Counted from the stretch's first letter, positions 47,625 through 61,863 are shown. The stretch is DNA of 64,000 bases from a bacterium (GCA_965261595.1 CBDHDG010000004.1:480001-544000); one strand, 5' to 3'. Numbers and translations: made by a program. Notes: generated by a model from the sequence alone, not told the origin.

Positions 47625-49631
47625 ATGGAAGCGACCCGCGAGGTTTTCGGCAACATTCCAGGCGGCGAATGGATCTACCTGATCGCCCTCGCGTCGGTGG
47701 GAGTCTTCGTCTGGGGACTCTGGCGGCGCGTCCGCCTCTGGCGCATCGGAAAGCCGGCGGACCGCCTCGACCGCTGGGGCGAGAGAGTCCGGGGCCTCAT
47801 CGTCTACGCGTTCGCCCACAAGGGGTTCTTTCGCGAACGGCTTCCGGGCGTCGGACACCTCTTCCTCTTCATCGGCTTCGTCGCGGCCCTCATCGCCACG
47901 ACGATCATCGCCATCGAGAAAGACCTCGGCTATCTGGGACTCCGGGTCGATTTCTGGAAGGGGGGCTTCTACCTCTGGTACTCCCTCATCGGCGACCTCT
48001 TGATGGCCCTGGGCGTGGCGGGCCTCATCCTCCTCGGGTTCCGGCGCTACGTCCTGCGCCCGCCCCACCTGTCGGAGAGCTGGGACGACGCCGCCGCGCT
48101 CTTCGGATTGATCGGCGTCTTCCTGACCGGCTTCCTCGTCGAGGGTCTGCGGATAGGCGCGACCGAGCTCGGCCCACACCCCGAGTGGGCGGTCTGGTCG
48201 CCCGTCGGGTACGTTCTGGCCCGGTGGCTCTCCGCCGCGATCCCGTCCGAGGCCGCCCTCCTCGCCTGGCACCGCGTCTGGTGGTGGATACACGTCGTCC
48301 TCTCCTTCGGCCTCATCGCATACATGGGCTGGTCGAAGCTCAGCCACGCCATCTTCGCCCCCCTGGCGATCCTGTTCCGGAACCTGGACGCCCGAACCGA
48401 GCCCGCGCTCTCATACATCGACTTCGAGGACGAGACGGCTGAATCCTTCGGCGTTTCGAAGCTCAAGGAATTGACGTGGAAGGACCTCCTGGACGCCGAC
48501 GCCTGCACCGGGTGCGGGAAGTGCGACGCCGCGTGCCCGGCCCACCTGAGCGGAACGCCCCTGTCGCCCAAGAACATCATCCTGGGCATCCGCCGCCACA
48601 TGACCGACCACGGCCCCTCGGAGGAAGCGCCCTCCCTCGTTGAGACGCTGAACCCCGCGGCGATCTGGGCGTGCCGGACGTGCGGAGCCTGCCAGGAGGC
48701 CTGCCCCGTCCACATCGAGCACATCCCGAAGATCATCGAGGCCCGCCGCCACCAGGTCCTGATGGAATCCAAGATGCCCGAGACGGCCCAGACCTTCCTC
48801 AAGAGCATGGACGAGCGCATGCACCCCTGGAAGGGAACCCGGTTTTCGCGCACGGACTGGATGGAGGAGCTCGACGTTCCGCTGCTCTCGGAAAAGGGAA
48901 GCGCGGAGATCCTCTACTGGGTCGGCTGCACCTCCGCCCTGGTGGACCGGAACATGAAGACCGCCCGCGCCCTGGTGAAAGTCTTGAAGGCGGCGGGGGT
49001 GGATTTCGCCGTTCTCGGGGCCGATGAGGTCTGCACCGGCGATCCCGCCCGGCGGGTCGGCAACGAGTACACCTACCAAATCCTGGCCCGGAAGAACATC
49101 GAGACGCTGGAGAAGCACGGCGTTAAAAAGGTCCTCACCCACTGCCCGCACTGCTTCAACACCTTCCGGCGGGAATACCCGCAGCTGGGCGGCCGGTACG
49201 AAGTCGTCCACCACGCCGAATTCGTCGCCGACCTCCTCCGTACGGGGAAGATTCAGTTATCGGGTCCGGATATCGGACGCATCACGTACCACGACTCGTG
49301 CTACCTGGGCCGGCACAACGGCGTCTACGACGCGCCCCGCGAAGTGGTCTCCGCCCTGCCCGGGGCCGAGGTCCGGGAGATGAAGCGCGCCCGCGCCAAC
49401 GGCCTGTGCTGCGGCGCCGGCGGGGGCTTCGCCTGGATGGAGGACGGGGAGGCGGACGACCGGGTGAACCGCATCCGCGTCCAGGACGCCCTGGACGCCG
49501 ACGTCAACACCGTCGCCGTCGCCTGCCCCTTCTGCATGCAGATGTTCGAGGACGGCATCAAGACCAAGAACGCCGACGACCGGCTGGTGGTCAAAGACCT
49601 CGTAGAGCTGGTCGCCGACGCGCTGGATTAA
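47625..49631 (+). CDS. Membrane Fe-S oxidoreductase (FadF/HdrD-like: NarI-type TM domain, 2x4Fe-4S, CCG domains)
   Basis: TM helices with His; CTGCGKC..ACP, CRTCGAC..ACP, HDSCYLGR, CCGAGGG and ACPFC motifs. Confidence 0.88.
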   Translation: MEATREVFGNIPGGEWIYLIALASVGVFVWGLWRRVRLWRIGKPADRLDRWGERVRGLIVYAFAHKGFFRERLPGVGHLFLFIGFVAALIATTIIAIEKDLGYLGLRVDFWKGGFYLWYSLIGDLLMALGVAGLILLGFRRYVLRPPHLSESWDDAAALFGLIGVFLTGFLVEGLRIGATELGPHPEWAVWSPVGYVLARWLSAAIPSEAALLAWHRVWWWIHVVLSFGLIAYMGWSKLSHAIFAPLAILFRNLDARTEPALSYIDFEDETAESFGVSKLKELTWKDLLDADACTGCGKCDAACPAHLSGTPLSPKNIILGIRRHMTDHGPSEEAPSLVETLNPAAIWACRTCGACQEACPVHIEHIPKIIEARRHQVLMESKMPETAQTFLKSMDERMHPWKGTRFSRTDWMEELDVPLLSEKGSAEILYWVGCTSALVDRNMKTARALVKVLKAAGVDFAVLGADEVCTGDPARRVGNEYTYQILARKNIETLEKHGVKKVLTHCPHCFNTFRREYPQLGGRYEVVHHAEFVADLLRTGKIQLSGPDIGRITYHDSCYLGRHNGVYDAPREVVSALPGAEVREMKRARANGLCCGAGGGFAWMEDGEADDRVNRIRVQDALDADVNTVAVACPFCMQMFEDGIKTKNADDRLVVKDLVELVADALD

Positions 49632-49784
49632 GCCTCAAGACCAATCGCTTGGGCGGCCTTCCCGCTGTTTCGGGCCGGGCGACCTTTTTCCCGCGACATC
49701 CGCCCTGAGGGCCGCGCCGATCCTCACTGAAAAGGGCCTTCCCCCCCCCCCCCTCGCAACGGGCCCGCACAAATCCACTCTTCC

Positions 49785-49825
49785 ATGATCGTGGTCATAC
49801 AACCCCGTCGGGACGTCCCCATATT
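49785..49825 (+). promoter_or_regulatory. Crp/Fnr-like box and -10 element upstream of PFOR
   Basis: ATGAT-CGTG-GTCAT palindrome about 30 bp upstream of CATATT. Confidence 0.4.
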
Positions 49826-49916
49826 GAGTAGCGAGTGAATCGCGGCGTTGCGTCCCTCGCACCGGCCGATTTGACGCGCCGGGCGGCCGCATTCACCGCA
49901 CGGGGGGGCCTCGCCA

Positions 49917-53412
<3,496 letters not shown>

Positions 53413-53447
53413 CGGTCCTTACGCAACCAAGAAAGGACGCACGCAAC

Positions 53448-54443
53448 ATGGACCTGACAACAACCTATCTGGGGATGAGCCTCCGCACCCCCCTGGTCCC
53501 CTCGGCCTCGCCCCTTTCGGAAGAAATCGACAACATCAAACGACTGGAAGACGCAGGCGCATCCGCCGTGGTCCTCTACTCCCTGTTCGAGGAGCAACTG
53601 AGCCTTGAACGTTTCGAGCTCCACCACCACCTCACACACGGCACGGAGAGCTTCGCCGAGGCGACAACGTATTTCCCGGAGCCCGCGCGATTCCACCTCG
53701 GCCCCGAAGGCTATCTGGAACATATCCGAAAGGCCAAGGAGGCCGTGGACATTCCCGTGATCCCCAGCCTGAACGGAACCACCCTCGGTGGGTGGACGGA
53801 ATACGCCGCCTTGATGGAAGAGGCCGGCGCGGACGCCCTGGAGCTCAATATTTATTACATCCCCGCCGACATGGACCTGATGCCCGGCCAGGTGGAGAAC
53901 ACCTATCTCGAAATCCTTAAGGCGGTCTCCTCAACAGTGGAAACGCCCGTCGCCATCAAGCTCAGTCCGTTTTTCAGCAACGTGGCGAACATGGCTAAAC
54001 GCCTGGATGATGCCAGCGCGGCCGGTCTGGTGCTCTTCAACCGCTTCTATCAACCCGACATCAATCTGGAAAAACTGGAGATTGAGCCCGGGGTGACGCT
54101 CAGCGCGCCCGGCGACATGCGGCTTCCGTTGACGTGGATCGGGATCCTGTGCGGGCGGGTCCGCGCCAGTCTGGCCGCGACCTCCGGGATTCATTCCGGC
54201 CGGGACGCCCTGAAGATGCTCATGGCCGGAGCGGATGTGACCATGCTGTGCGCGGCCCTTTTAATCAACGGGATCGACCACCTCCGCACCGTGGAGCGCG
54301 AGATGCGCGAATGGATGGAAGCGCACGAATATGAATCCGTCCGCCAGATGCGGGGGAGCATGTGTCAGATCAACTGCGCGGATCCCACCGCCTTCGAGCG
54401 CGCGCAATACATGCGGGCTCTGCAAACCTATCGGCCCGGATAG
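53448..54443 (+). CDS. Dihydroorotate dehydrogenase-like protein (nifJ-associated type)
   Basis: DLTTTYLG, SLFEEQ, DALELN, KLSPFF and LFNRFYQPD motifs. Confidence 0.88.
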   Translation: MDLTTTYLGMSLRTPLVPSASPLSEEIDNIKRLEDAGASAVVLYSLFEEQLSLERFELHHHLTHGTESFAEATTYFPEPARFHLGPEGYLEHIRKAKEAVDIPVIPSLNGTTLGGWTEYAALMEEAGADALELNIYYIPADMDLMPGQVENTYLEILKAVSSTVETPVAIKLSPFFSNVANMAKRLDDASAAGLVLFNRFYQPDINLEKLEIEPGVTLSAPGDMRLPLTWIGILCGRVRASLAATSGIHSGRDALKMLMAGADVTMLCAALLINGIDHLRTVEREMREWMEAHEYESVRQMRGSMCQINCADPTAFERAQYMRALQTYRPG

Positions 54444-54596
54444 AAGACGCCGCCGGCACAATCGCGCCGGAAATGAATTTCTCCCGCCACGTCGAGTGAC
54501 ACACCGACCGCCGATCTGTTAAAGTCCCCGGGTTTTCCGTATACTCCCGATACTGCCTGGACAGCGCATCCGTCCGGTCTTCCCCTGAGGAAACAA

Positions 54597-55466
54597 ATGT
54601 TTTACGGACCCATCGCTCTGGCACTCTACGCCGCGGCCATTTTCGCCTGCTCGGAGTTCACCGCGCGCGCCGCCCTGCGGACCTCCACGCCTTATATGGG
54701 GTCGCTCATGCAGGGGGTCGTCCACCTGAGTATTTTCGGCCTTCTGGCTTTCTGGATGGCCGCCGGCCACGATGTCTTCAGCGCTGGGGGCTTGTGGTTT
54801 TTCCTCGCGGGGACAATGGACCCCGGTCTCGGTGTGATCTGCTATTTCGTGGGGTTCAACCGGGTAGGGATTGCCCGGGGGGCCACGGTCCTCGGGACCT
54901 CTCCCCTGTTCAGCACCGCTACGGCCATGGCGATCCTGGGCGAGCGTCCCAACGCCTGGGTCTGGCTGGGAACGATGGCGATTGTCGTGGGGTGCGGCGC
55001 CCTGGCCTACGAGTCCAATGTCCGGGTCAAATCGAAATCAGGCTATATCTATCCGGTTCTCGCGGCGGTGTGCTTCGGCCTGGCGCATACGTTGCGGAAA
55101 ATGGGGCTGAAATTGATTCCTTCATCCATCACGGGAATGGCGATCTCCAACGTCGGGGCCCTCGTCGCGCTCCTTCTGGTGGTTCCTTTCCTTCCCGCCG
55201 GCGCCCGATTCAACCGGAACGCCCGGGGCCTGGGCCTCTATTTCATACACTCATTGGGCATCGCCGTCGCGCTTTACCTCCTCCTGGAAGGCCTCCGCAA
55301 GGGAACGGTGAGCGTCGTCGTCCCCCTGGTGCACACCTTTCCCCTCATCGTGATTCTGTTTTCCTGGATATTCCTGCGGGAAAAAGAACAGATTTCCCCC
55401 AAGCTTTGGGCGGGCGCCCTCCTCATCGTAGCAGGGGCGGCGGTCATCTCCGGCCTGGGACAGTAA
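54597..55466 (+). CDS. DMT/EamA family transporter
   Basis: About 10 TM helices in two repeats; LGERP and FLREK motifs. Confidence 0.85.
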   Translation: MFYGPIALALYAAAIFACSEFTARAALRTSTPYMGSLMQGVVHLSIFGLLAFWMAAGHDVFSAGGLWFFLAGTMDPGLGVICYFVGFNRVGIARGATVLGTSPLFSTATAMAILGERPNAWVWLGTMAIVVGCGALAYESNVRVKSKSGYIYPVLAAVCFGLAHTLRKMGLKLIPSSITGMAISNVGALVALLLVVPFLPAGARFNRNARGLGLYFIHSLGIAVALYLLLEGLRKGTVSVVVPLVHTFPLIVILFSWIFLREKEQISPKLWAGALLIVAGAAVISGLGQ

Positions 55467-55474
55467 GAACGCCG

Positions 55475-56902
55475 TCAGGGATTGGCCTCTGGATTCGGAG
55501 GCGCCGATGCGCTCGCCGGTTGCTTTTCGGGGGATTCCGGCGCGGCGCCGGCGGGCGTCGGGACTTCCGCGCCGGGCGTTGCCGGGCCTCGGCCATCCAT
55601 CTCCGGGGTTCGCGGCCCGCGCGCTTCCGTCTCCGGGATGGGGGACCGCGGGGCCGCGGGCGCGACGACGCCGACCTCTCCGGGCTTGGGCTTCACCTTT
55701 CCCAAAGCGATGGCCACCCTTCTCCAATTCGCGACCATCTGGACGCGCCACTCCGCGTCCCGGGTCTTCCACTCTTCCAGGGTGCCCAGCCGGCTGCCCG
55801 CCAATTGACGGACCGCCGCAACGGCCTGAAGGCGAACCTCCGGATTCGGGTGCATGAGAAATTCGAACAGGACCGGAAGGGCCGCTTCCACCTCCAGCGC
55901 GCGGAAGTACGTGATCCCCTCCAGGTGGGTTTTCTGGTTCTCGGGCAGGTCCGCCGGGTTTTCCGACGTCCGTTGAACGACCGCGACCACCGCTTCGGCG
56001 GCCTGGCTCACCTTCAGGTTTTTCAAGACGGCGATAATCGCCGGGAAGTCTTGGGGGTGTTTCCCGGAGGAGAGCATCCGGACAAGATAGGGCCAGGTCT
56101 CCCGGGCTTCCATGCGCTCGACCGCATTGACGGCCGCCAGCCTGACCTCGCGATCCGAATCCCCCAACGCCGCCCGCAACGCCGGCAGGGCCTTCTGGTC
56201 CTTCAGGATGGCCGCGGCCCTCATCGCGTCCGCCCGGACACCGGCGGCGTAACCGGGATCGGCGATGATTTGGCGCAGGGCGGTCCGCGCCTCTTCCGTC
56301 CCCAAAGCCAGCATGGCCTGGACGCCGTAATCGAAGTTCGCCCGCCGCAGGTCGATAGACAGGGGGGTGAGCGCGCCCTTTCGCCGCATGAATGTCAGGA
56401 CCCGCTCCACCGCGCGGGGGTCATCGGACATCCGAAGGATCTGAAGGCCCTGAACCTGCTGAAGCTTCGCCCCCGAGGAGAGAAATCGCTCTGCCAATTC
56501 CCAACGGGCCCGCTTCATCTCCTTCAGGAAGCTCTCGGTCAACTCCGCGGACTTCTCAACGACGACGGCGTTCAGGCGCTCCCCCACCTGTTCCCGAAGG
56601 GCCGCGGGGATTTGCTTTTCCTGGAGGTCATCCGCCAGGACGCCGATCCCCCGGTTCATCCAAAACCAGCCGGCGGTCCCCAACGCCGCGGCCAGAAGCG
56701 CAAGCGCGATCAGCGACGTTCGGAGAACGGACCGGACGATTCCCCGGCGGAGCCTCGTCTCGATGAGCTCCTTGTAATCGTCCGCTGAAAACGGGGAGGA
56801 GGCGTGGACTTCCGGCTCGTCCAACCGGCCTTGAAGGGACTCCACCGCACTCAACAGCCGGTCGAGCTTTCCGTCGTCCGAATTCTCTTTGCTTGGCGCC
56901 AT
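55475..56902 (-). CDS. Membrane-anchored HEAT-repeat protein with Pro/Ala-rich tail
   Basis: One TM helix; ALPAL..AL.DSD.EVRLAAV.A and LMHPNPEVRLQAV repeats. Confidence 0.75.
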   Translation of the reverse strand: MAPSKENSDDGKLDRLLSAVESLQGRLDEPEVHASSPFSADDYKELIETRLRRGIVRSVLRTSLIALALLAAALGTAGWFWMNRGIGVLADDLQEKQIPAALREQVGERLNAVVVEKSAELTESFLKEMKRARWELAERFLSSGAKLQQVQGLQILRMSDDPRAVERVLTFMRRKGALTPLSIDLRRANFDYGVQAMLALGTEEARTALRQIIADPGYAAGVRADAMRAAAILKDQKALPALRAALGDSDREVRLAAVNAVERMEARETWPYLVRMLSSGKHPQDFPAIIAVLKNLKVSQAAEAVVAVVQRTSENPADLPENQKTHLEGITYFRALEVEAALPVLFEFLMHPNPEVRLQAVAAVRQLAGSRLGTLEEWKTRDAEWRVQMVANWRRVAIALGKVKPKPGEVGVVAPAAPRSPIPETEARGPRTPEMDGRGPATPGAEVPTPAGAAPESPEKQPASASAPPNPEANP

Positions 56903-57303
56903 CCAGTCATTCCTCCTGAGATGAAGCATGAAACCGCGGCCTCTCCCCAGCCGACGCATCGAAGGATCATTCTACCCCGAGTCGGTGAAAAACCCCTCCC
57001 CCGTTTTTCGCCCAAACCCGCCCCCATCGGCCATCCGGCGAAGAAGGGGGACCCGGGCGATATTTAGAGTCCCCAGCCCCCGATGCAAAACCTCAGGATG
57101 GAAAAAAGGGCGCCCAATCCGATCCGATCCGCCACCGCCAGGGAGCCCAGGGGAGGGCCATCCTGAAACCGTGCCGATGCCTTCGACGCCGCCGACCATG
57201 TTTGATTTCCCGCATGAACATGTAGGCGTCTTCCCGTTGAAAGCCGCCTCGATTCGGTAAGCGCCGCCGGGCCCGATGGCTGTCCGTGATTCTTTGCCGC
57301 GCA

Positions 57304-58698
57304 TTAGACCTTCGGCTGATGAACGCTCATCCCCCGAACGGCTCGGGCGGCCTCCATGACGCTCTCGGCGAGCGTGGGGTGGGCGTGAATCGTCTCGGCC
57401 AGTTCGTCCACGCTGAGCTCCCAGGTCATGGCGACGGCGGCCTCGTGAATCAACTCGGCAGCGCTCGCGCCGATGATGTGAACGCCCAGGATCTCTCCGG
57501 TCCCCTCGGAGGCGACAATTTTGACCTCGCCGGCGATCTCCCCGGCCGCCTGGGAGCGGCCCAGCGCCCGGTACGGGAAGCGGCCGATCTTGACGCCCTT
57601 TCCCGCCTCCTCGGCCTGGGCTTCGGTGAGACCGATGCTTCCGATTTCGGGGTGCGTAAAGATTCCGGCGGGGATAGTCTCGTAGCGCATGATCTTGTCG
57701 CCCCCCAGGGCGTTCGTGACGGCCACGATTCCCTCCGCGCTGGCCTTATGGGCAAGGAGCTTCCCCCCCGCCACGTCTCCGGCGGCGTAGATGCCGGAGA
57801 CGCCGGTCTCCATTCTCCCGTTGACCCGGATGTGTCCCTCCTCCGCCAGGGCGACGCCCGCCTCCTCGAGACCGATGTCGCCGGTGTTCAGCGCCCGGCC
57901 GATCGAGATCAGGGCCTTTTGGGCCTTCACACGCTCTCCACCCTCCAACTTCGCCTCGACGAAACCGGATTTTCTCTCCACACCCTCGACCTCCTGATCG
58001 ACGATGAGACGAATCTTCTCCTTCTTCAGCTCCCGCTCGAGGAGTTTGGAGATATCCTCGTCCTCGGTCGCGACGGCCCGGGGGAGCATCTCCAGCATCG
58101 TCACCTCGCATCCCAGGGCGCTGAAGAGGAAGGCGAATTCGCATCCGATGATCCCCGCTCCGATAATGAGGAGGCTCTCGGGAATCTCCTCCAGGACAAC
58201 GGCGTCGTCCGAGGAGAGGATGTCCTTGCCGTCTGTGGGGAACGCGGGAAACTGCGCCGGGCGGGCGCCCGTCGCCAGGAGGACCTTGTCCGCGGACAGG
58301 TCCGAGACACTCCCGTCCGCTTCGTTCAGCTCGATACGCTTCGCGGAGCGGAGCACTCCCCGCCCCCGGATATGCGTGACCCCGTGACTTTTGAACAGAC
58401 CTTCGACGCCCTTCACCATTCCGGCGATGATCTTGTCTTTTCGGGCGATCATCGCGGCGAAATCGGCCCGGACCTCTCCATCAATCACCACGCCGAACTC
58501 GGCCGCCCTCTTGACCAAGCGCAAGACCTCGGCCGAGGCGATGAGACTCTTGGTGGGGATGCAGCCCCAATTCAGGCAGACGCCCCCCACCTTATCCCGC
58601 TCGATGACGCACACGCGCCCGCCCAGTTGGGCGCCCCGGATCGCCGCCACATACCCCGCCGGCCCCCCTCCCAAAACGGCCACGTCGAAATCCGCCAT
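57304..58698 (-). CDS. lpdA: Dihydrolipoamide dehydrogenase
   Basis: GGGPAGY, GGVCLNWGCIPTK, GAGIIG and HAHPTLAE motifs. Confidence 0.95.
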   Translation of the reverse strand: MADFDVAVLGGGPAGYVAAIRGAQLGGRVCVIERDKVGGVCLNWGCIPTKSLIASAEVLRLVKRAAEFGVVIDGEVRADFAAMIARKDKIIAGMVKGVEGLFKSHGVTHIRGRGVLRSAKRIELNEADGSVSDLSADKVLLATGARPAQFPAFPTDGKDILSSDDAVVLEEIPESLLIIGAGIIGCEFAFLFSALGCEVTMLEMLPRAVATEDEDISKLLERELKKEKIRLIVDQEVEGVERKSGFVEAKLEGGERVKAQKALISIGRALNTGDIGLEEAGVALAEEGHIRVNGRMETGVSGIYAAGDVAGGKLLAHKASAEGIVAVTNALGGDKIMRYETIPAGIFTHPEIGSIGLTEAQAEEAGKGVKIGRFPYRALGRSQAAGEIAGEVKIVASEGTGEILGVHIIGASAAELIHEAAVAMTWELSVDELAETIHAHPTLAESVMEAARAVRGMSVHQPKV

Positions 58699-59002
58699 CA
58701 ATCCGATCCCTTTCCCCCAAATCCGGAGGCCCGCCGGGACGAAAGGGATTCCTTTCGATTCCCGGCACCCGACATGACGCTTATTATGAACGCCGCCCCC
58801 GCCGCGGGTCCACCCGGCTGTCTCGATGGACCGGCCGCCCCATCTTATTCCAGGATTCGGGATCAGGTGTTTGCGGATCGCAATCCGCGATTTCGGGTTT
58901 TCTCCACTGGCCCACCCATCCCGCCGCGGGTGTGGTAAATTCATGGAGATGGCGCGAGGCTTCTTCCTCTCTTTGAGTGAATCGACGCGGACGGATTGAC
59001 CA

Positions 59003-59992
59003 TTGTCAGATCAAATCCTGATCACAGGGGCGACGGGTTTTGCCGGCAAGTGGCTGGCGGACCACCTCCTGGCCCAAGGCCAGAAGGTGGTCGGAACGAT
59101 TTACGAAGGAACACCGCCCGAAGATTTTCCTATCGACCGGATTCCCCTGCACCCCTGCGACCTGGGGGAGATGAAAGCGATCCGGGCAATAATCTCGGAG
59201 ATCGACCCCCGAGAGATCTACCATGTGGCGGCGCAGGCGGTCGTAGCGACCGCCTGGCAGGACCCCTGGATGACCTTTCGCGTGAACGCGATGGGAACGG
59301 TCAACCTTCTCGAGGCCTGCCGCTGTCATGGGAAAAAATCGCGGATTCTGCTCGTCAGCTCGGCCAGCGTCTACGGCCTCCCGCCGGCGAACGGAAAGTT
59401 GAAGGAAGACATGCCTTTGAGGCCCAATGATCCGTACGGCGTCAGCAAGGTCGCGGCCGACCAGGCGGCGATTCTCTATCATCAGGCATACGGGATGGAC
59501 ATCCTGCGGGCCCGGGCGTTCAATCACATCTGCCCGGGTCCCGCCGACAAGCACGCCGTCGGCAATTTCGCCCGGCAGCTCACCGAGATGGAGTCGTCGG
59601 GCGGCGGCGACATCAGGGTGGGCAACCTCACCGCCCGTCGAAATTTCACCGACGTCCGGGACGTGGCCCGGGCGTACGCCCTCCTGATGGAACGCGGAGA
59701 ACCCGGAGAGGCCTATAACGTCTGCGGCGATACGGTCCTGTCCATCGAGCAGATCCTCGACCGGCTGATCGCCCTCAGTCCTTACGAGTTCAGAAAGGTC
59801 CAGGATCCGGCGAGGATGAGGCCCGTCGACACGCCCTTGAGCGACGGGGCCAATACGAAACTGAAGCAGGCCACGGGTTGGAAGCCCATGATACCCTTTG
59901 AGCAATCGCTTTCGGACCTTCTGGAGTACTGGCGGAAGCAAGAGCGGGACAACCCTCCGACATCGACCAGCGAAAAACCGCCGGGCGCTTGA
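59003..59992 (+). CDS. GDP-mannose dehydratase / GDP-4-keto-6-deoxymannose reductase (Rmd-like)
   Basis: ITGATGFAG, YGVSK, RAFNHI.PG, VGNL..RRNFTDVRD and DPARMRP.D motifs. Confidence 0.82.
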   Translation: MSDQILITGATGFAGKWLADHLLAQGQKVVGTIYEGTPPEDFPIDRIPLHPCDLGEMKAIRAIISEIDPREIYHVAAQAVVATAWQDPWMTFRVNAMGTVNLLEACRCHGKKSRILLVSSASVYGLPPANGKLKEDMPLRPNDPYGVSKVAADQAAILYHQAYGMDILRARAFNHICPGPADKHAVGNFARQLTEMESSGGGDIRVGNLTARRNFTDVRDVARAYALLMERGEPGEAYNVCGDTVLSIEQILDRLIALSPYEFRKVQDPARMRPVDTPLSDGANTKLKQATGWKPMIPFEQSLSDLLEYWRKQERDNPPTSTSEKPPGA

Positions 59993-60031
59993 CAGCCTTC
60001 CGGGCGCAACCCTAAATAATGATTGCGCGGT

Positions 60032-60107
60032 GGGGGATTAGCTCAGCTGGGAGAGCGCGTGGTTCGCAATCACGAGGTCACCGGTTCGATCCCGGTATCC
60101 TCCACCA
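60032..60107 (+). tRNA. tRNA-Ala(CGC)
   Basis: 76-nt cloverleaf, G3:U70 pair, anticodon loop TTCGCAA, GGTTCGATCCC T-arm and encoded CCA. Confidence 0.96.
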
Positions 60108-60136
60108 GGAATCCATTCTTATATCTTCCCGTAAGT

Positions 60137-60176
60137 GCCCGAAACTCCAGTAAGACAAGGGGTTTCGGGCTTTTTT
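60137..60176 (+). terminator. Rho-independent terminator after the tRNA
   Basis: GCCCGAAAC...GTTTCGGGC stem followed by T6. Confidence 0.7.
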
Positions 60177-60180
60177 GTTC

Positions 60181-60209
60181 TTGACACTTCCCGCCCATTT
60201 CTCTATATT
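60181..60209 (+). promoter_or_regulatory. sigma70 promoter of the integrase
   Basis: TTGACA-17 bp-TATATT. Confidence 0.7.
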
Positions 60210-60254
60210 CCCACATTGAAAGAGGGATAAACTGTGGGAAAACGGAGAAGCGAC

Positions 60255-61439
60255 ATGAGCAGACTCAATGCTGCAAAGGTGAAGGCCATAAAGGAGCCGG
60301 GGCGCTACTCTGACGGTGGCACGCTTTTTTTGTACGTTGCGCCCGGTGGATCGAAGTCCTGGGTGCAGCGGCTTGTCGTCTACGGCAAGCGCCGGGATAT
60401 TGGCTTGGGCGGTTTTCCGCTGACTTCGTTGGCCGAAGCAAGGGAGAAGGCATTCGCGAATCGCAAGCTCGCACGGGATGGCGGCGATCCAATGGCCGCG
60501 AAGCGGCGGGCCAAGGTTCCGACATTCCGGGAGGCGGCGGAGAAGACCTTCGAGGCTAACCGCCCAAGATGGAAAAACGAAAAGCATGTCAAGAACTGGA
60601 TTCAGTCGATGGAGAAGTACGCCTTCCCTGTGCTCTGGGATATACCTGTTGACCAGATCGGACGAGAAGAAGTGCTCCGTATCCTGACGCCGATATGGAC
60701 AAGCCGACCGGAGCGTGCTCGCCGATTGCGACAGCGTATCCGCACGGTGCTTGGATGGTGCCAGGCTCACAACTACTGCGAGCACAACCCGGCCGGCGAA
60801 GGCATATCCGCCGCGCTTCCGAGCGTCCCAACCGGAAAGGCGCATTTCCGCGCCCTCCTATATGCCGAGGTGCCAAGGGCACTTGAAATCATCGAGGCGA
60901 GCCGGGCGTCGATGGCCGCGAAACTGGCGCTCCGGTTTCTCGTGTTGACGGCGGCGCGTTCAGGTGAGGTCCGGGCCGCGACCTGGGGAGAGATCGACAT
61001 CGAGGGGCGGACCTGGACGATCCCTGGCGAACGCATGAAGGGCGGCAAGGAACATCGAGTGCCTTTGTCTGACGAGGCCGCAAAGGTTCACGAACGGGCG
61101 CGGGCGCTCGATGACGGGAGCGGGTTGGTTTTTCCGTCTCCGGTTCGAAAAGGCAAACCGCTTTCGGACATGAGCTTGACGAAGGTTTTGAGGGATACGG
61201 GCCTTGCCGAGAAAACGGTTGTCCACGGCTTCAGGACGGCATTCAGGACGTGGGCGAGCGAAAAGACGAATGCCGATCACGCCGTCATGGAATTGTCTCT
61301 CGCTCATGCCGTCGGGAGTGCCGTCGAGCGCTCATATGCACGATCCGATCTTTTTGCGAAGCGGGCGCGGCTCATGGAATCGTGGGGCGCGTTCGTGTGC
61401 GGGGGCACTGGTGCGAAGGTGGTCAAGCTCCATGGATGA
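60255..61439 (+). CDS. P4-type tyrosine recombinase/integrase
   Basis: Arm-binding domain (SDGGTLFL..G.KSW, GLGGFP..SLAEAR); TAARSGE, HGFR, LAH and SYARSD catalytic motifs; adjacent to a tRNA. Confidence 0.93.
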   Translation: MSRLNAAKVKAIKEPGRYSDGGTLFLYVAPGGSKSWVQRLVVYGKRRDIGLGGFPLTSLAEAREKAFANRKLARDGGDPMAAKRRAKVPTFREAAEKTFEANRPRWKNEKHVKNWIQSMEKYAFPVLWDIPVDQIGREEVLRILTPIWTSRPERARRLRQRIRTVLGWCQAHNYCEHNPAGEGISAALPSVPTGKAHFRALLYAEVPRALEIIEASRASMAAKLALRFLVLTAARSGEVRAATWGEIDIEGRTWTIPGERMKGGKEHRVPLSDEAAKVHERARALDDGSGLVFPSPVRKGKPLSDMSLTKVLRDTGLAEKTVVHGFRTAFRTWASEKTNADHAVMELSLAHAVGSAVERSYARSDLFAKRARLMESWGAFVCGGTGAKVVKLHG

Positions 61440-61817
61440 AAAGACATTCGAAAGAGCGGTAGCAGTCACACGTCAACAGTTCCTGTCGAGGCCGGAATTA
61501 AGAGAGATCCGAGCGGAAACCTATGCCCGTCATTATCGAAAGGTTCTACCCAAGAATGGACGCGACGATTTTCTCCGCAACCTGATAGTCGAGTCTGCCG
61601 AAAGCAAGATGGCATGGGACGCGGTGAAGCTTATTACGGAGGATCTGTTGCGAACGAAGGAACCCCTGCCGGCCGAACTGCGGGAATGGCTCGCGGACGT
61701 GCTATACGACCAGCAAAGGCCAGGGAAAGACAAGCGCCAGGCACGGCCAACAAAAGGGGGTCCACCGGAGGCCAACCGGGATTGGATTATCTGCGGAGCC
61801 ATCCAGTATGTCGGTAC
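61432..61817 (+). pseudogene. Island hypothetical gene truncated by IS3 copy 5
   Basis: MDEKTFERA... overlaps the integrase stop and runs directly into the IS end. Confidence 0.65.
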
Positions 61818-61863
61818 TGGACCGCCCCTGGGTTATTGGACACTCGGGTGAGGGTATTCGACC

